A DNA stretch of 61,482 bases, filler included. It is 7 parts of 7 records of this genome, joined end to end, with 100 filler letters (N's around TTAATTAATTAA, not from the genome) between each part and the next. Parts side by side here need not be neighbours in the genome. Positions count along the whole stretch, not along the records: positions 55,037 to 61,482 come from SRR31147125_69264; 6 more parts are not named here. One strand, given 5' to 3'. Positions 61,343-61,482 of the stretch are shown here, piece after piece; the stretch's first letter is position 1; every line of letters starts with the position of its first letter. Both the position numbers and the translations under genes were made by a program. The notes under the pieces are model-generated. The model was given only the letters and a program-made list of their open reading frames with translations. It had not been told where the DNA came from and did not search any database.

Positions 61343-61407
61343 TAGGCTGAAGGGCGGAATGACCCATGTCCTTTCACATACCCCCTTCAGTCTTCAGCCT
61401 TCAGTCT
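61343..61407. repeat. CTTCAG(T/C) heptamer x3 with an upstream inverted copy (hairpin-forming)
   Basis: TAGGCTGAAGGG (61343-61354) pairs with CCCTTCAGTCTTCAGCCTTCAGTCT (61383-61407). Confidence 0.55.
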
Positions 61408-61482
61408 ATCCACCTATTATCACCACAAACCCGCGCTTCTCTTTGGTGATCAGCGGCGGTTCGTCCGGCTTGGGCGTTTCCC
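61406..61482 (-). CDS. C-terminal fragment of an unidentified upstream gene
   Basis: Open frame ETPKPDEPPLITKEKRGFVVIIGG* from the window edge. Confidence 0.4.
   Translation of the reverse strand, partial: ETPKPDEPPLITKEKRGFVVIIGG

Noticed and set aside
1-61482. CRISPR array or cas genes
   Set aside because: No run of equal-length repeats with unique spacers and no Cas motifs seen by eye
12457-61482. Functional links between pilQ, flagellin and T6SS genes as one secretion island
   Set aside because: They lie on different contigs with different base composition

Overview
The window is not one locus. It is seven unrelated contigs joined by 100-nt spacers (N44-TTAATTAATTAA-N44), so no synteny holds across spacers. 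A (1-12356, AT-rich Gram-negative): partial tRNA-Asn, Tat BNR/sialidase-family lipoprotein, a collapsed hsdM relic, HigB plus HigA-ImmA/IrrE, URO-D-like protein, YhaM, penicillin acylase, outer-membrane and TonB genes. B (12457-20084, Desulfobacterota-like): pilQ followed by two large Ig-like (Big-1) surface proteins. C (20185-27540): signalling cluster with an orphan periplasmic binding protein and hybrid kinases. D (27641-33803, clostridial): DUF362 ferredoxin, hsp20 with a CtsR box, pyk, radA. E (33904-38916, clostridial): kinase, methyltransferase, DMT transporter, tRNA-Leu and a DEAD-box gene bracketed by a duplicated tRNA segment. F (39017-54936, Desulfobacterota-like): HypD glycyl-radical enzyme and activase, triple-SBP hybrid kinase, sigma54 regulator, SLC13, LarC, minimal flagellin, LysM protein, with inverted 29-bp repeats at both contig ends. 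G (55037-61482, GC-rich): T6SS vgrG-DUF2169-pentapeptide cluster. Most split ORFs rejoin by restoring bases in homopolymer runs, which points to sequencing error. Strongest novelty candidates: (1) a T6SS DUF2169 adaptor carrying what looks like a catalytically dead phage primase/TOPRIM domain; (2) a pilQ-linked lipoprotein whose beta-propeller holds three nested copies of a small beta-domain. Family and taxon calls come from motif recognition by eye, not from database searches.
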